IMG/VR virus record: IMGVR_UViG_3300032307_001039
DNA: 64,000 nucleotides
Origin: an uncultured virus (IMG/VR IMGVR_UViG_3300032307_001039)
Lineage: Duplodnaviria; Heunggongvirae; Uroviricota; Caudoviricetes
Direction: 5' to 3' (one strand)
This document shows positions 27,132-38,428 of the stretch, piece after piece. The translations under genes and the position numbers were made by a program. The notes under the pieces were generated by a model that worked only from the letters and a program-made list of their open reading frames with translations, was not told the DNA's origin and did no database searches. The stretch's first letter is position 1. The number at the start of each line of letters is the position of its first letter.

Positions 27132-30100
27132 ATGAACAAAAATTTCTTAACTTATTTAAAAGAATCAATAGCATTAAATCTGCCTAATGATGAAAAAAAA
27201 GGACAACCACTTTTAATCAAAAGTGATGAAAAATCAATTCGAGATATTCCTTTAATGAAAACAGATTATGATTCTATTAAAAATAATAATAGAATTAATA
27301 GAAGACTTAAACAAGAAAGAGCATCAATACTTAAAAAACATAATTTAAAAATAGAAAACGGAGAAATAAAATCTGTTAAACAATCACTTGAAGATGATAA
27401 GCAGCTTGATCTTTTTGGACAAAAAGAAGTCTCTAATAAAATCCCAGAATTCACGAGAGAAATAAAACATAGACTATTAGAAATACAAGATAAACTTCAA
27501 GATAATATGCCTAATTATAAAAAAAATCTCAGTCGAGTTATTAAAAGATTTTTTTCTGTTGGAGGTAAAATTCCTAAAAGATATATCTATCTTCCTGTTT
27601 CAAATCAATTTAATATATCTGAAATAGAAAAAATAAACAGTAATAATCATCTTGACGTGTTATTGAAAATAAAAAATGGAGTATATGCAGAATTAACTCA
27701 CGATGATCAAGAACTATTTAATTATCTTATTGAAAATGGATACACTTTAACTAAAGAACAATATGTCAGAAATATTTGCGTTAACTTCAACGGTAAAGAA
27801 GTGCCAATAGATCAAGAGCTAACAAATATTGATATGATTGACATTGATAAAAAAAAGAAAGCGTTAGAAAAACAAAAAGATGCTAAAATAATTGAAAAAA
27901 TAAATCTAGATATTATTAAAAAAGATAAATTTAAAAAAAGTTTTTTAACCATTGTATCTCAGATAAAACAGAATTCAAGTATTGTTAACAACAGCGTTAT
28001 CATTTTGACATGGATTCCTAGATTGGTGATGGCTCAGAGTACTAATACTATTTGGAAAAGCTGTATGACATATAGTTTTGATAATAAGAATCATGGTGTA
28101 AATGTTCATTATGTAAAAAAAGGTATAGAAGAAGGAGTTTTCATTGCTTGGTTAGTCAAACTTGATGATAAACATGTTAAAAAACCTATGGCTAGAACTC
28201 TTATTAAACCTACAGGTAGCGGTGATAATACGCTTTATTGGCCAAGTAAAATTTACACAGAAAGTGGCGAAATGAATTTAATTAATCTTTTTGATAAAGC
28301 AGTAAAAAAATATTGTTTTCTTAAACAGAAAAATCTTTTCGGAGATCGATCTGTTTTTGAAATTAAATCTAAAACTAATGTTTATGATGATGGAGACAGC
28401 GGGAAGAAAATTTTAGTTTTTAACGTGGCCAAAAAAGAAATAGAAGATAAAAATTTTAATCCAGAAAATTTCATAATAGATTATTTAAGTTCTAATTCAA
28501 TGTTGTTTGATTTCGAAGATACTGATATTGGTTTACTTTTAAATAATAAAGTTATTATTGATTTCATTAATACAGAAACTTCAAATGTTTTAATAGATAT
28601 TTATTATCATTTTTTAATTGAAAGAATAATAAGTTCTAAAAAGTTCGTTTATTTTAATGACTTTTTTAAAGGTGAAAACAATAAAAAAGTCAAAGAACAT
28701 ATTTTTTCTAGAATTTTCGATGACACTAAAATAAAAAATATGTTTTTAAACAATAATAATGCTTTTAAATATTTTTTAAATATATGTTATGAAAAAGATT
28801 ATTTAAAAAATATTAAAGAAAAAGATTTGGATAGAATTAAAACAATTTTTATTAATGATCATGATAATTGTTCTTTGTATCCACTATATGGAAAATATTT
28901 AAAAAGTCTTTATGATCATTTTGGTCGTGATTTGTATCCAACAGTGATGAAAGATGATATAGTTTTACGAAAATTATTTTATACACAACTAAAAGTAAAC
29001 GAAATATTACCTATTTACAGAGATTTTAATTTAAACATAGAATTTTATGGTGTTTTACTTTATCGTCTTTTTACAGTTAACAGAGATAATTTTTATGCTT
29101 TCTATAAATTAGCTAATTATAAAAACATGAGTGTTTTAGGCTCACAGTTAATTGAAATAATTATTAACTCATTAAATAATAAAAACTATAAAGATTTGGA
29201 TGAAATTTTAAATTTTATTAAAAAAGAAAAAATTTACTTTAAGAAAGAAAGTTATGAAATTATTCCAAATTACACTAAGCCAAGAATGATAAAAGGTCTT
29301 TATAATTTAATTTTTGAAAAAAAACAAAGTATGATTCCTATTTACAAACAAATGTTAGATTTTGGTTTTAATTTTGTTGAACTTCTAAATCAAACTCCAT
29401 TAAATTCAGTAATATCAGAACAATCAACTAATTTACATTTAATTTATAATTTTTTTAGAGATCATAAAAATGATCCCGTGATTGAAAAAGAATATGAAGC
29501 TTTAACTGCATTTATAATCAGTAAAGAAGATTTAGTGAAAAAAATACTTATTCCTTTGTTGGATGAAAAACTAAAAGAGAACGCACCTTATAATAAAATA
29601 ATTGAAATTATAATGTTGATTCCAATAAGCGAATCTAATCGCACAGAAGAACTCGGCGGAATTGGAGATTATATTCTTGAACAAAATTTGGATAAAAAAC
29701 AAATAGATGAGTTATTTGAACTTTTAAATGAAAGATCTTTATTAATTAGACCATTTGGAAATTCTTTTTCACACATATTGATGTGTGATAATGTTGAATA
29801 TTACAAAAAATCTTTTTCTAATGGCAAATTAACCATTAATAATGTTCTCACAAATTATATTTTGAGCGTGGTTAATAAATTATTTGATTCAAGTGATTCA
29901 AAATCGTGGCACCCAGATAAAGGTTTTTATAAAGCAAAAAAAAATCTATATTTTATGCAAGATAAACTAATTAAATTCATTGAAAATAATATAGATAAAT
30001 TTGAAAAAGAAGAAGTGAAATTTAAGGTGTTAATTGAAACAATGTGTCGATCAAGATACTCTATGATAGTTTTAATTTCTATTTTAAAATCTTTAGAAAA

Positions 30101-30893
30101 GACATTAAATATAAATGATTTAGACATAACAATAGAGAAATATAAAGATAGAATCACTTACGGAGCTGTTTTAGGTTACATACAAAATTTATATGACTCA
30201 GATGGAGCGAGAACTTTAAAAGATTTAAAAAATTTAAATTTAATTTTTGATGCCATTTATTTTCATGATTTTACTGACAAAATATATTTTCTTAAAAAAT
30301 ATTTTCATGTTTTTTTTGATAACTTCGTGAGCAAAAAAGGAAGAAGAGATTTTCTTAAAAGAAAATGTATGGAGTTCATCACTAACAGTGATCAAGCAGG
30401 AGAAATACTTAATTTCTATGATATCGATGATATTGATATGTTTATAAGTTTTTTTAAAAAATATAAAATGGAAGGATTTTTAAGAAAAATAATTAAAAGT
30501 ATCCTCACTGAAGATCCAACAGAAGAAATGATTAATTTTTTCCGAATTTATAAAGAAAGAGAACTAGATGATGTTAGTTTTATTTTTATTAATTTTTTAA
30601 AAATGAAAAAAAATAATAATCCATTAGTTCCATACATAGACAAACAAGATTTTTTAAAAAATATATTGCTTTTTAATCGCTATGGGGTATCATCATTAAA
30701 GATTGACGCTTTAGGAGTGGTTATGGAAAAAAATGACATAGATAAGTTACAATTAAAAGATATTGTTATAAATAATTTTAAAAATAATTATAGTTTTTAT
30801 AGTGATAGCGATAAAAATTTATTAACAAGTAAGTTAAGTGATGTTTTTGGAAAAAAGAAAATAGATGATTTAAAAAGAAAAATTTATATATAA
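27132..30893 (+). CDS. giant paralogue 1 (WxSCM core, QLDLF motif, helical tail)
   Basis: Start moved to ATG 27132 by alignment with paralogue 2 (MNKNFL.YLKESIAL). Confidence 0.8.
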   Translation: MNKNFLTYLKESIALNLPNDEKKGQPLLIKSDEKSIRDIPLMKTDYDSIKNNNRINRRLKQERASILKKHNLKIENGEIKSVKQSLEDDKQLDLFGQKEVSNKIPEFTREIKHRLLEIQDKLQDNMPNYKKNLSRVIKRFFSVGGKIPKRYIYLPVSNQFNISEIEKINSNNHLDVLLKIKNGVYAELTHDDQELFNYLIENGYTLTKEQYVRNICVNFNGKEVPIDQELTNIDMIDIDKKKKALEKQKDAKIIEKINLDIIKKDKFKKSFLTIVSQIKQNSSIVNNSVIILTWIPRLVMAQSTNTIWKSCMTYSFDNKNHGVNVHYVKKGIEEGVFIAWLVKLDDKHVKKPMARTLIKPTGSGDNTLYWPSKIYTESGEMNLINLFDKAVKKYCFLKQKNLFGDRSVFEIKSKTNVYDDGDSGKKILVFNVAKKEIEDKNFNPENFIIDYLSSNSMLFDFEDTDIGLLLNNKVIIDFINTETSNVLIDIYYHFLIERIISSKKFVYFNDFFKGENNKKVKEHIFSRIFDDTKIKNMFLNNNNAFKYFLNICYEKDYLKNIKEKDLDRIKTIFINDHDNCSLYPLYGKYLKSLYDHFGRDLYPTVMKDDIVLRKLFYTQLKVNEILPIYRDFNLNIEFYGVLLYRLFTVNRDNFYAFYKLANYKNMSVLGSQLIEIIINSLNNKNYKDLDEILNFIKKEKIYFKKESYEIIPNYTKPRMIKGLYNLIFEKKQSMIPIYKQMLDFGFNFVELLNQTPLNSVISEQSTNLHLIYNFFRDHKNDPVIEKEYEALTAFIISKEDLVKKILIPLLDEKLKENAPYNKIIEIIMLIPISESNRTEELGGIGDYILEQNLDKKQIDELFELLNERSLLIRPFGNSFSHILMCDNVEYYKKSFSNGKLTINNVLTNYILSVVNKLFDSSDSKSWHPDKGFYKAKKNLYFMQDKLIKFIENNIDKFEKEEVKFKVLIETMCRSRYSMIVLISILKSLEKTLNINDLDITIEKYKDRITYGAVLGYIQNLYDSDGARTLKDLKNLNLIFDAIYFHDFTDKIYFLKKYFHVFFDNFVSKKGRRDFLKRKCMEFITNSDQAGEILNFYDIDDIDMFISFFKKYKMEGFLRKIIKSILTEDPTEEMINFFRIYKERELDDVSFIFINFLKMKKNNNPLVPYIDKQDFLKNILLFNRYGVSSLKIDALGVVMEKNDIDKLQLKDIVINNFKNNYSFYSDSDKNLLTSKLSDVFGKKKIDDLKRKIYI
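27658..27728 (+). repeat. 71-nt block identical to 31443-31513
   Basis: Direct comparison of paralogues 1 and 2. Confidence 0.85.
28008..28072 (+). repeat. 65-nt block identical to 31793-31857
   Basis: Direct comparison; encodes TWIPRLVMAQSTNTIWKSCMT. Confidence 0.85.
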
Positions 30894-30919
30894 AAAGTTT
30901 TTCATTAAAAAATATTATT

Positions 30920-33900
30920 ATGAATAAAAATTTCCTTCAGTATCTCAAAGAGTCTATTGCTCTACATTTGCCACATGATGAAAAAGAAAAAGAACCGCTT
31001 TTAATTAAGAGTGACGAAAAAGCAATCAGCGATATTCCTAGAATGAAAGCTGACTATGATGAGATTAAAAAACTTAATCGAACTAATAGAAAACTTAAAC
31101 AAACTAGGGCATCAATACTTAAAAAACATAATTTAAAAATAGAAGATGGTCAAATAAAAGAACGAGAACCTCTAGTTGATAATGGTCAACTAGAACTTTT
31201 CGGTAAAAAAGAAATTTCTAACAAAATTAATCAATTTACAGATGAAGTAAAAGCCAGACTAGATGAGTTAGAAATAGAAATAAACAGAACTACACCCAAC
31301 TATAAAAAAAATCTATCAATGACATTGAAAAAATTTTTTATGATTGGTGGTAAAATGCCAAAAAGGTACATCTATCTTCCTGTCTCTAATCAAATAAACA
31401 TAGCGGAAATAGAAAAAATAAACAGTAACAATCATCTTGATATGTTATTGAAAATAAAAAATGGAGTATATGCAGAATTAACTCACGATGATCAAGAACT
31501 ATTTAATTATCTTTTAGAAAATGGATACACATTAACTAAAGAACAATATGTCAAAAATATTTGCGTTAATCTTAATGGTAAAGAAGTGCCAATAGATCAA
31601 GAGCTAACAAATATCAATATGATTGATATTGAGAAAAAAAAGAAAGCTATTGAAAAACAAAAAGACACTAAAATAATTGAAAAAATAAATCTAGATATTT
31701 TAAAACGAGAAAATTTTAAGCCTAAATTCATTAACATTATTCAAGATGTTAAAAAAAATTCTAATATATTAAATGATAGTGTTATTATTTTAACATGGAT
31801 TCCTAGATTGGTGATGGCTCAGAGTACTAATACTATTTGGAAAAGCTGTATGACATACAGTTTTAATTCAAGTTTGCATGGTATAAATATACATTTTGTG
31901 CCAAAAGGAATACAACAAGGGGTTTTTATTGCTTGGTTGGTTAATCTCAACGACAGGCATATTAAAAAACCTATGGCTAGAACTCTACTTAAACCTAGCA
32001 GTATGAATGAGAATACATTTTTCTGGCCAAGCAAAATTTATACAGAAAGTGGTGAAAGAAATCTTATTAATCTTTTTGACACGGCAATAAAAAAATATTG
32101 TTTTCTCAAACAAAAAGATATTTTAGGTAAATTAGAAGTAATAAGAATTGAAACAAAAAGTAATGTTTATGACGATGGAGACAGTGGTCAAAGTATAATT
32201 AATTTTGGCGCTGTTCTAGATAATTTAAAATCTAATAAAAAAGAAAATTTTGAACCTTCAGATTTTATACATGAATATTTAAAGCCACGTTTGGTTACTT
32301 TTGATTTCAAAGAAACAGATTTTGATTTTTTATTTAATTATCCACCCTTAGTTGATTATATAAATAATGAAGCCTATGAGTCAGAAATACATGCTTATTA
32401 TCATTTTTTGGCTAGCAAAATAATTGAGTTACAAAAATATTCTTATTTCTCTGAGTTCTTTAAAGATAAAAAAAATGATTTTAAAAAAGATTTTATCTTT
32501 GATCAAATTTTTCTTGAAAATAGTTTAAACACACTCTTTCTTAATAACCCTCAAGGATTTAAATATTTTTTAAATATATGCTATGAAAAAGATTATCTCT
32601 CTAAAATGCGTAATGAAAAAGATCTCAATTCGATAAGAGAAGACTTTCAAAAAATACATGAGAAATGTTCTATTTATCCACACTATGGTCGTTTTATAAA
32701 AATATGTTATGATCATTTTGGTAAAGATATATATATGCCAAAAGGCACAGATGATAGCATAAGAGAATTATTCTACACTGATTTAAAAGTAAACGAAATA
32801 CTACCATTTTACAGAGATTTTGGTTTAGAGCTTCAACCCTATCGAGTCTTACTACGTGTTTTATTCAAAAATAACAGAGATAATTTTTATGCTTTTTATA
32901 AACTTGCGAATTTTAAAGATAACCATTTAATTCATTCACTAGTTCATTCACAATTAATGGAAATAATTATCATCACTCTGTATACTAAAAATTATAAAGA
33001 TTTTGATGAGATTTTATCTTTCATAAAAAAAGAAAAAATTATTTTTAGCGATAAACCTTATGAAATGCTTTATAATGGCGCTAAATTTAACCTGCCAATT
33101 GGTCTTTACTCATTAATTTTTGAGAAAAAAACAGAGATGATCAATTACTATCAAAAATTATTAGACGCTGGTTTTAATCTAGTTAATTTTTTAAAACACG
33201 CGAATTTAAATCATTTGTTTAATCCGCCTAATGATGTCAATATCACTCTTATTTATGATTTTTTTCTTAGAAATCAAAAAAACAAAGTTTTTGAAGAAGA
33301 ATATAAAAAATTAACATATTTTTTTTTAGAGAACGAAAAAGCTGGTCAAATGGTATTTCTAGATGTTTTAAGTGGAATTACAAATGGCAATATTTCTTAT
33401 AATTACTTAATTGATTTTTTAACATTTTTACCAAAATACCCAAAGAATGATAAAATTCTCTTGAATAAACTATCAGAATATATTATTAACAATAATTTAA
33501 ACAAAAAAGAAATTGATGTTTTACTAGATTTGCTGGATCAGAAAAATTTATTAATTAATAAAGCTTCAATTGATAAAGCTTCATTTAAAACAATCATTTT
33601 AAGTAATAATTTAAGTTATTATTCAAGATATCTTGGCAAAGAAAATTATAGTGCCAGTGATTTATTAAAATATTTTATTGTTAGTGTTGCAAATAAAACG
33701 AATACAGTTGAAGAATTAAAAGATAAAACTTTTTATCAAGCACGAGATCAATTTATTAACTTTATAAAACAAAATCATAAAAATTTTAAAATAGAAAAAA
33801 TAGATCTTAAAAAAACTTTAGATAAATGTGACGATCCGCAATCTTTATGTATTATGATACCAATTATTAAAAAATTAATAGATGTAATTGAAGTCGAAGG

Positions 33901-34699
33901 CGATTCGCTTGAAAAAGTAATAGAAAATAAAAAAGAAACAATTAATTTCTCTTACTTTTTTGTTTATGCTTTTGCAATGTATCAAAGTGATCCAAAACGT
34001 TTAGAAGAAGATCTCACACTAATAGGAACTCCTAAATACACGCATCATATTTTTAAATTTTTAAACGAACGAGACATATTATCTGAAATTGCTAATTATG
34101 ATAAGATGTATTTCACCAGAGAATATTTTGATCTTATTATGCATCATTCTGTTTCAGAAGAAGAACAAAATAAAATTTTTGAAACAAAATGTATTGAGTT
34201 TGCTACGAATCATCACCCAGATGGAAAAAAAAATGATTTTTATACCATAGATGAGTTAAGACTCTTTATTTCTTTTCTTAAAAAACATAACAAAGAAAAA
34301 CTTTTTAAAGATATTATTAATAAATATATTTTGCGTGAAGAGTTTACAGAAACTATGGTAGATGAACATAAAATATATGAAATAAATGATCCAGAGCTAC
34401 TTTACAGAAGTTTTATTAAATATTTAAGATTACCATTAAAGAGTAACCCTATCATACAATATATTGACAAAGAAGTTTTTTTATCAAGTGTCTTATTGGA
34501 TAATCCAACTTTATCAAGTTTTCGTATAGATGTTATGAGTGCTGTTATAAAAAGTGAAGATTTAAAGAATAAAAAAATAGAAGAGATAGTCAAACAGAGT
34601 TTAAAAACTAAATACAGTGATCGAACTAAAATAATGATAATGGCCGAATTAAATAAAGTTTTTGGTAAAAATAAAATCGAAGAACTTAAAAATAATTAA
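30920..34699 (+). CDS. giant paralogue 2 (WxSCM core, QLELF motif)
   Basis: 1259 aa, colinear with paralogue 1. Confidence 0.8.
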   Translation: MNKNFLQYLKESIALHLPHDEKEKEPLLIKSDEKAISDIPRMKADYDEIKKLNRTNRKLKQTRASILKKHNLKIEDGQIKEREPLVDNGQLELFGKKEISNKINQFTDEVKARLDELEIEINRTTPNYKKNLSMTLKKFFMIGGKMPKRYIYLPVSNQINIAEIEKINSNNHLDMLLKIKNGVYAELTHDDQELFNYLLENGYTLTKEQYVKNICVNLNGKEVPIDQELTNINMIDIEKKKKAIEKQKDTKIIEKINLDILKRENFKPKFINIIQDVKKNSNILNDSVIILTWIPRLVMAQSTNTIWKSCMTYSFNSSLHGINIHFVPKGIQQGVFIAWLVNLNDRHIKKPMARTLLKPSSMNENTFFWPSKIYTESGERNLINLFDTAIKKYCFLKQKDILGKLEVIRIETKSNVYDDGDSGQSIINFGAVLDNLKSNKKENFEPSDFIHEYLKPRLVTFDFKETDFDFLFNYPPLVDYINNEAYESEIHAYYHFLASKIIELQKYSYFSEFFKDKKNDFKKDFIFDQIFLENSLNTLFLNNPQGFKYFLNICYEKDYLSKMRNEKDLNSIREDFQKIHEKCSIYPHYGRFIKICYDHFGKDIYMPKGTDDSIRELFYTDLKVNEILPFYRDFGLELQPYRVLLRVLFKNNRDNFYAFYKLANFKDNHLIHSLVHSQLMEIIIITLYTKNYKDFDEILSFIKKEKIIFSDKPYEMLYNGAKFNLPIGLYSLIFEKKTEMINYYQKLLDAGFNLVNFLKHANLNHLFNPPNDVNITLIYDFFLRNQKNKVFEEEYKKLTYFFLENEKAGQMVFLDVLSGITNGNISYNYLIDFLTFLPKYPKNDKILLNKLSEYIINNNLNKKEIDVLLDLLDQKNLLINKASIDKASFKTIILSNNLSYYSRYLGKENYSASDLLKYFIVSVANKTNTVEELKDKTFYQARDQFINFIKQNHKNFKIEKIDLKKTLDKCDDPQSLCIMIPIIKKLIDVIEVEGDSLEKVIENKKETINFSYFFVYAFAMYQSDPKRLEEDLTLIGTPKYTHHIFKFLNERDILSEIANYDKMYFTREYFDLIMHHSVSEEEQNKIFETKCIEFATNHHPDGKKNDFYTIDELRLFISFLKKHNKEKLFKDIINKYILREEFTETMVDEHKIYEINDPELLYRSFIKYLRLPLKSNPIIQYIDKEVFLSSVLLDNPTLSSFRIDVMSAVIKSEDLKNKKIEEIVKQSLKTKYSDRTKIMIMAELNKVFGKNKIEELKNN

Positions 34700-34732
34700 T
34701 TCTCTCTTTTGTTTTTATAGAAAAATAAATAT

Positions 34733-37700
34733 ATGCAGAAATACAAAAATTTTTTCGATTATTTATTTGAAACAGTAGAACTAAATCCAGTAATACCGAA
34801 AGGTGAAAATATATTACCATTTTCACCTGAAAATGAAAAACTTTTTAGACCTCGTAATATTAAAGAAGAACCACTTATGAGTCGACACTATCAAAGTTTA
34901 AGTGGAAAAGAGATGAAAAGTGAAAAATTTAGGCGATTATCAAAAGAAAGAAATGTTTTAAAAAAACAGATTAAGCAATATGAAATTTCTAAAAGAGATC
35001 AAAAAGAATTTTTATTTGAACCAATAACTCTTATTAAAAATGATCAAGAGTGGCTAGAAAAAATACAAGATCTAAAGATAGTTGAAAGTGAAATAGAAAG
35101 TGAAAAAAGTGACTATAAAAAAAATCTTGGTTATTTAGTAAAAAAATTCTTTTCTATTGGCGGTAAAATGCCACGTCGCTATCTCTATTTGCCATTAAGT
35201 ACTTCAAACGTGTTAAATGTGCAACAAATAGAGAAACTCAACTATACAAGTCCAATCGATGTTTTTAGGAAAATAAGAGGTGGTAATTTTTTAATAGTTG
35301 ATGAATCTCACAATGAGATAATTGATTATCTTAAGCGTCATGGTTATCGATGTGATGAGCGAAGCTATATTAAAAATGAATGCGTTAATGAAAATGGCAA
35401 AACTATACCCATAGATATGGAACTAAAACGCATCAGCGAAATAGATATTAATAACAAATTAGCTTTTATTGCTAAAATGAAAAGCAAAGTTAAGCTTAAT
35501 CCAAATGAAGAGAAAGCAGTAAAAAGTTCAGAAGCCGACATAGAGAAACGTAAAGACTATAAAGAATATTATGTTTATAAAGTTTTAGATAACAAAGAGA
35601 ATATTAATTTATTTTTAAATCATGTTATAGTTTTAACATGGGTGCCAAGATTAATTATGTCACAGAGTTCAAACACTGTGTGGAAAAGTTGTATGCGTTA
35701 TTTCTTAGGCGACATGACCAATCGTGATAGTGCTCAAGAAGGCGATGAAGAAGATGAACAAATTGGCGGTAATGTACATTTTGTGCCAAGTGGTATTAAA
35801 GGTGGAGTTTTTGTTGCTTGGCTTGTTGATTTAGATGATAAAAAAATAAGAACTCCAAAAGCAAGAATATTGATGAAGCCTTATCAAACAAATGACGGTA
35901 AAACATTTTATTGGCCGAGTACAGTTTATAGTACAGGTGGACAAAAAAATATTATTGATATTTTTGCTAAGACTATGAAACTGTATGCTTTGAATAAACA
36001 AAGAAACACTCTTAATAAAGATAATCGTGCAGATTTACAAATTGGTCTAGGCATTTATCACGATAACGACGATATATCTCAACCTTCCGATGTGATGTCT
36101 CAGCCAGAATTAATAAGAAAGATAACTTCAAGAACTGATGATTATTTTGTTGGTAGTGATCTAGAAAATCTTTTTTCTGCTGCTGATTATACCTCTAGAG
36201 GTATTGAGGTTTTTATAAAAAATAAAAAAATAAAAAATCAATTATTGAACGATAATCATTCTCATCTTCTTTTTTATAAATTGCTTAAAGGTATGATAGT
36301 AAAAAAAGAATTTAGATTAATTAATATACTTTTTAATTTTTTTAAACAAGAAAAGAAAATTAATATTTTCTTTGACAAACTAGCTCATTTTATAAGTAAA
36401 AGCTTTTCATACCCAGATGATAGATCTGTTATAGATAAAAACACTATGGTTTATCTTTATAAGAGTTTAATTATGCCAAACATTGATAATCAAATAGATG
36501 TTGATTTAATGTCAGTTAAATATATTATTTCTAGTATATATGACCGTAAAATAGAAGATTTATACAATAAAACAGTTATTGACGATATGATTGACATAGT
36601 GCCTAGTTTTTTTGATAATTTAGGTGCTGTTGAATTTAAAAAAATATTTTTTCTTTTAAAAACAAAAACGCTAGAGAAGGTTTTAGCTAGAAATCCAAAA
36701 TATCGTGAAACTGTTTTTGATTTCTATTTACCGAATTTATTTAAAGAACACAAAGATAAATTTTATTTTTTTATTGATAATTTTAAAATTGATTTGGATG
36801 CTCAAGATGAAACAGAATTCGAAAGTATGATGATGGCAACAATGATAGATATTTTTAGGGAAAATATTAACACTATTTCTTATAAAGATCTCATCGACTT
36901 TCTTCAGTTAAAACATTTTAATTTTTCAGAAAATGTACAAGAAGAATTATCTTTTGAATTAACGCAGTATCCATACATTACTATTATTAGTCGTTTTAAT
37001 GAAAATGAAATTGATAATATTTTTAAAATAGGAAAAAATCGAGGTTTTGATATTGAACGTATCTATCTTGAAAACTCGACTATAAGTCGTGACACCATAA
37101 AACTACTTTATGATGCTTTTCAAAACAAAGGCTTTCGCATAGAAAAAGAAATAGAAAGAGTTTTAAATTTTATAAGAGCTAATCCAAAAAGTTTTACCGA
37201 TCTTGATCTCATACAGCAATTCTCATGGCAACTACAAAATAAAAAACAAATTAACTATGATTTTTTAAACAAAATAGCGAAAGTTTTAGCAGAGATAAAT
37301 AATTTCAATGATAAAAAAAGCGAGTGCATTGTTTTTGTTGACAATTTACTTCAATTGGGTGCTAAAGATCATATGGTTGTTAAAGAAAAAAATAAACTTA
37401 GAATGGCTCTCTCTCATTTTACAAAATCACCTAATTTTTGGCCATATATTCTCAGAGAAAGCAAAACAAATTCATTAAGAAGATCTATTGAAAAATTCAC
37501 TATGCTCTATCTTTTTCCTGAAGAGTTCGCAGAAAAAACAAAAAATATTAGTTTTTATGATTTAATTGAATTTAATTTTAATCGAGAAAGATTAATGCGA
37601 GATTTTGATTTAATAAATCTTATTATAAAAAATAAAATAAAAGTAGTTATAGATAAAATACAAGTAATTGATAGTGTTAATTTCGAGGGTGAATTTATTC

Positions 37701-38428
37701 TTCATACTTTTAAAAAGCTTTATGAAAATAAATTAATAGCAAATAAAATAGCTGCAGAAGATCTCTACTATGATCTTAAAATGATGATTCAAGTTTTGTT
37801 TTATACGAAAACATACGAGAAAAAAGAAACTAAAGAAATTATTGATTTTTATAAAAAATTACTACAAAAGACATTTTTTGACGAATCAAAGAATTATGTT
37901 TTTAACAGTAGATTGCTAACGCTTTTTTACGATAATTCTATTAAAGAAGATTATTTTAGAGATTTATATTTTGATTTTCTAGATGATGACGAAAAAGATT
38001 CTTTTATAAAATATTTTTTTGAAGAAAGTTTAGTTAGGTATGATTTTAGAATTAAAGATATAGAGATTATAATTAGTGCAGCTTTTGATAGTAAAAATAT
38101 AAATTTTACAGAAGAAAAGTTAACTCAATTAATAAATAATTCCATAAATAAAAATAAAAAACCTATACCATTAATTGTTAATCTTTTACAAACGAAAAAT
38201 GCTAGAGATTTAACAAAACAACTTTTAGAAAGAAAAGCATTACAATTTTTTAATAAACAAAATTATGATTTATATGTTAAAAGTAAATCTGAACATTTAA
38301 TGATTTTACTAAGAGCTCTAAGTTTACAAAAAATAACAGAAATTATAAACTGTGATAAAAATAAATACGAAAATATACATGATGCTTTAGTGCCTGTTGC
38401 TAAAAAAATTATAGAAGGAATTAAGTAA
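34733..38428 (+). CDS. giant paralogue 3 (WxSCM core with acidic insert)
   Basis: LTWVPRLIMSQSSNTVWKSCM...GVFVAWLV...P.ARILMKP...YWPS.VY. Confidence 0.8.
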   Translation: MQKYKNFFDYLFETVELNPVIPKGENILPFSPENEKLFRPRNIKEEPLMSRHYQSLSGKEMKSEKFRRLSKERNVLKKQIKQYEISKRDQKEFLFEPITLIKNDQEWLEKIQDLKIVESEIESEKSDYKKNLGYLVKKFFSIGGKMPRRYLYLPLSTSNVLNVQQIEKLNYTSPIDVFRKIRGGNFLIVDESHNEIIDYLKRHGYRCDERSYIKNECVNENGKTIPIDMELKRISEIDINNKLAFIAKMKSKVKLNPNEEKAVKSSEADIEKRKDYKEYYVYKVLDNKENINLFLNHVIVLTWVPRLIMSQSSNTVWKSCMRYFLGDMTNRDSAQEGDEEDEQIGGNVHFVPSGIKGGVFVAWLVDLDDKKIRTPKARILMKPYQTNDGKTFYWPSTVYSTGGQKNIIDIFAKTMKLYALNKQRNTLNKDNRADLQIGLGIYHDNDDISQPSDVMSQPELIRKITSRTDDYFVGSDLENLFSAADYTSRGIEVFIKNKKIKNQLLNDNHSHLLFYKLLKGMIVKKEFRLINILFNFFKQEKKINIFFDKLAHFISKSFSYPDDRSVIDKNTMVYLYKSLIMPNIDNQIDVDLMSVKYIISSIYDRKIEDLYNKTVIDDMIDIVPSFFDNLGAVEFKKIFFLLKTKTLEKVLARNPKYRETVFDFYLPNLFKEHKDKFYFFIDNFKIDLDAQDETEFESMMMATMIDIFRENINTISYKDLIDFLQLKHFNFSENVQEELSFELTQYPYITIISRFNENEIDNIFKIGKNRGFDIERIYLENSTISRDTIKLLYDAFQNKGFRIEKEIERVLNFIRANPKSFTDLDLIQQFSWQLQNKKQINYDFLNKIAKVLAEINNFNDKKSECIVFVDNLLQLGAKDHMVVKEKNKLRMALSHFTKSPNFWPYILRESKTNSLRRSIEKFTMLYLFPEEFAEKTKNISFYDLIEFNFNRERLMRDFDLINLIIKNKIKVVIDKIQVIDSVNFEGEFILHTFKKLYENKLIANKIAAEDLYYDLKMMIQVLFYTKTYEKKETKEIIDFYKKLLQKTFFDESKNYVFNSRLLTLFYDNSIKEDYFRDLYFDFLDDDEKDSFIKYFFEESLVRYDFRIKDIEIIISAAFDSKNINFTEEKLTQLINNSINKNKKPIPLIVNLLQTKNARDLTKQLLERKALQFFNKQNYDLYVKSKSEHLMILLRALSLQKITEIINCDKNKYENIHDALVPVAKKIIEGIK

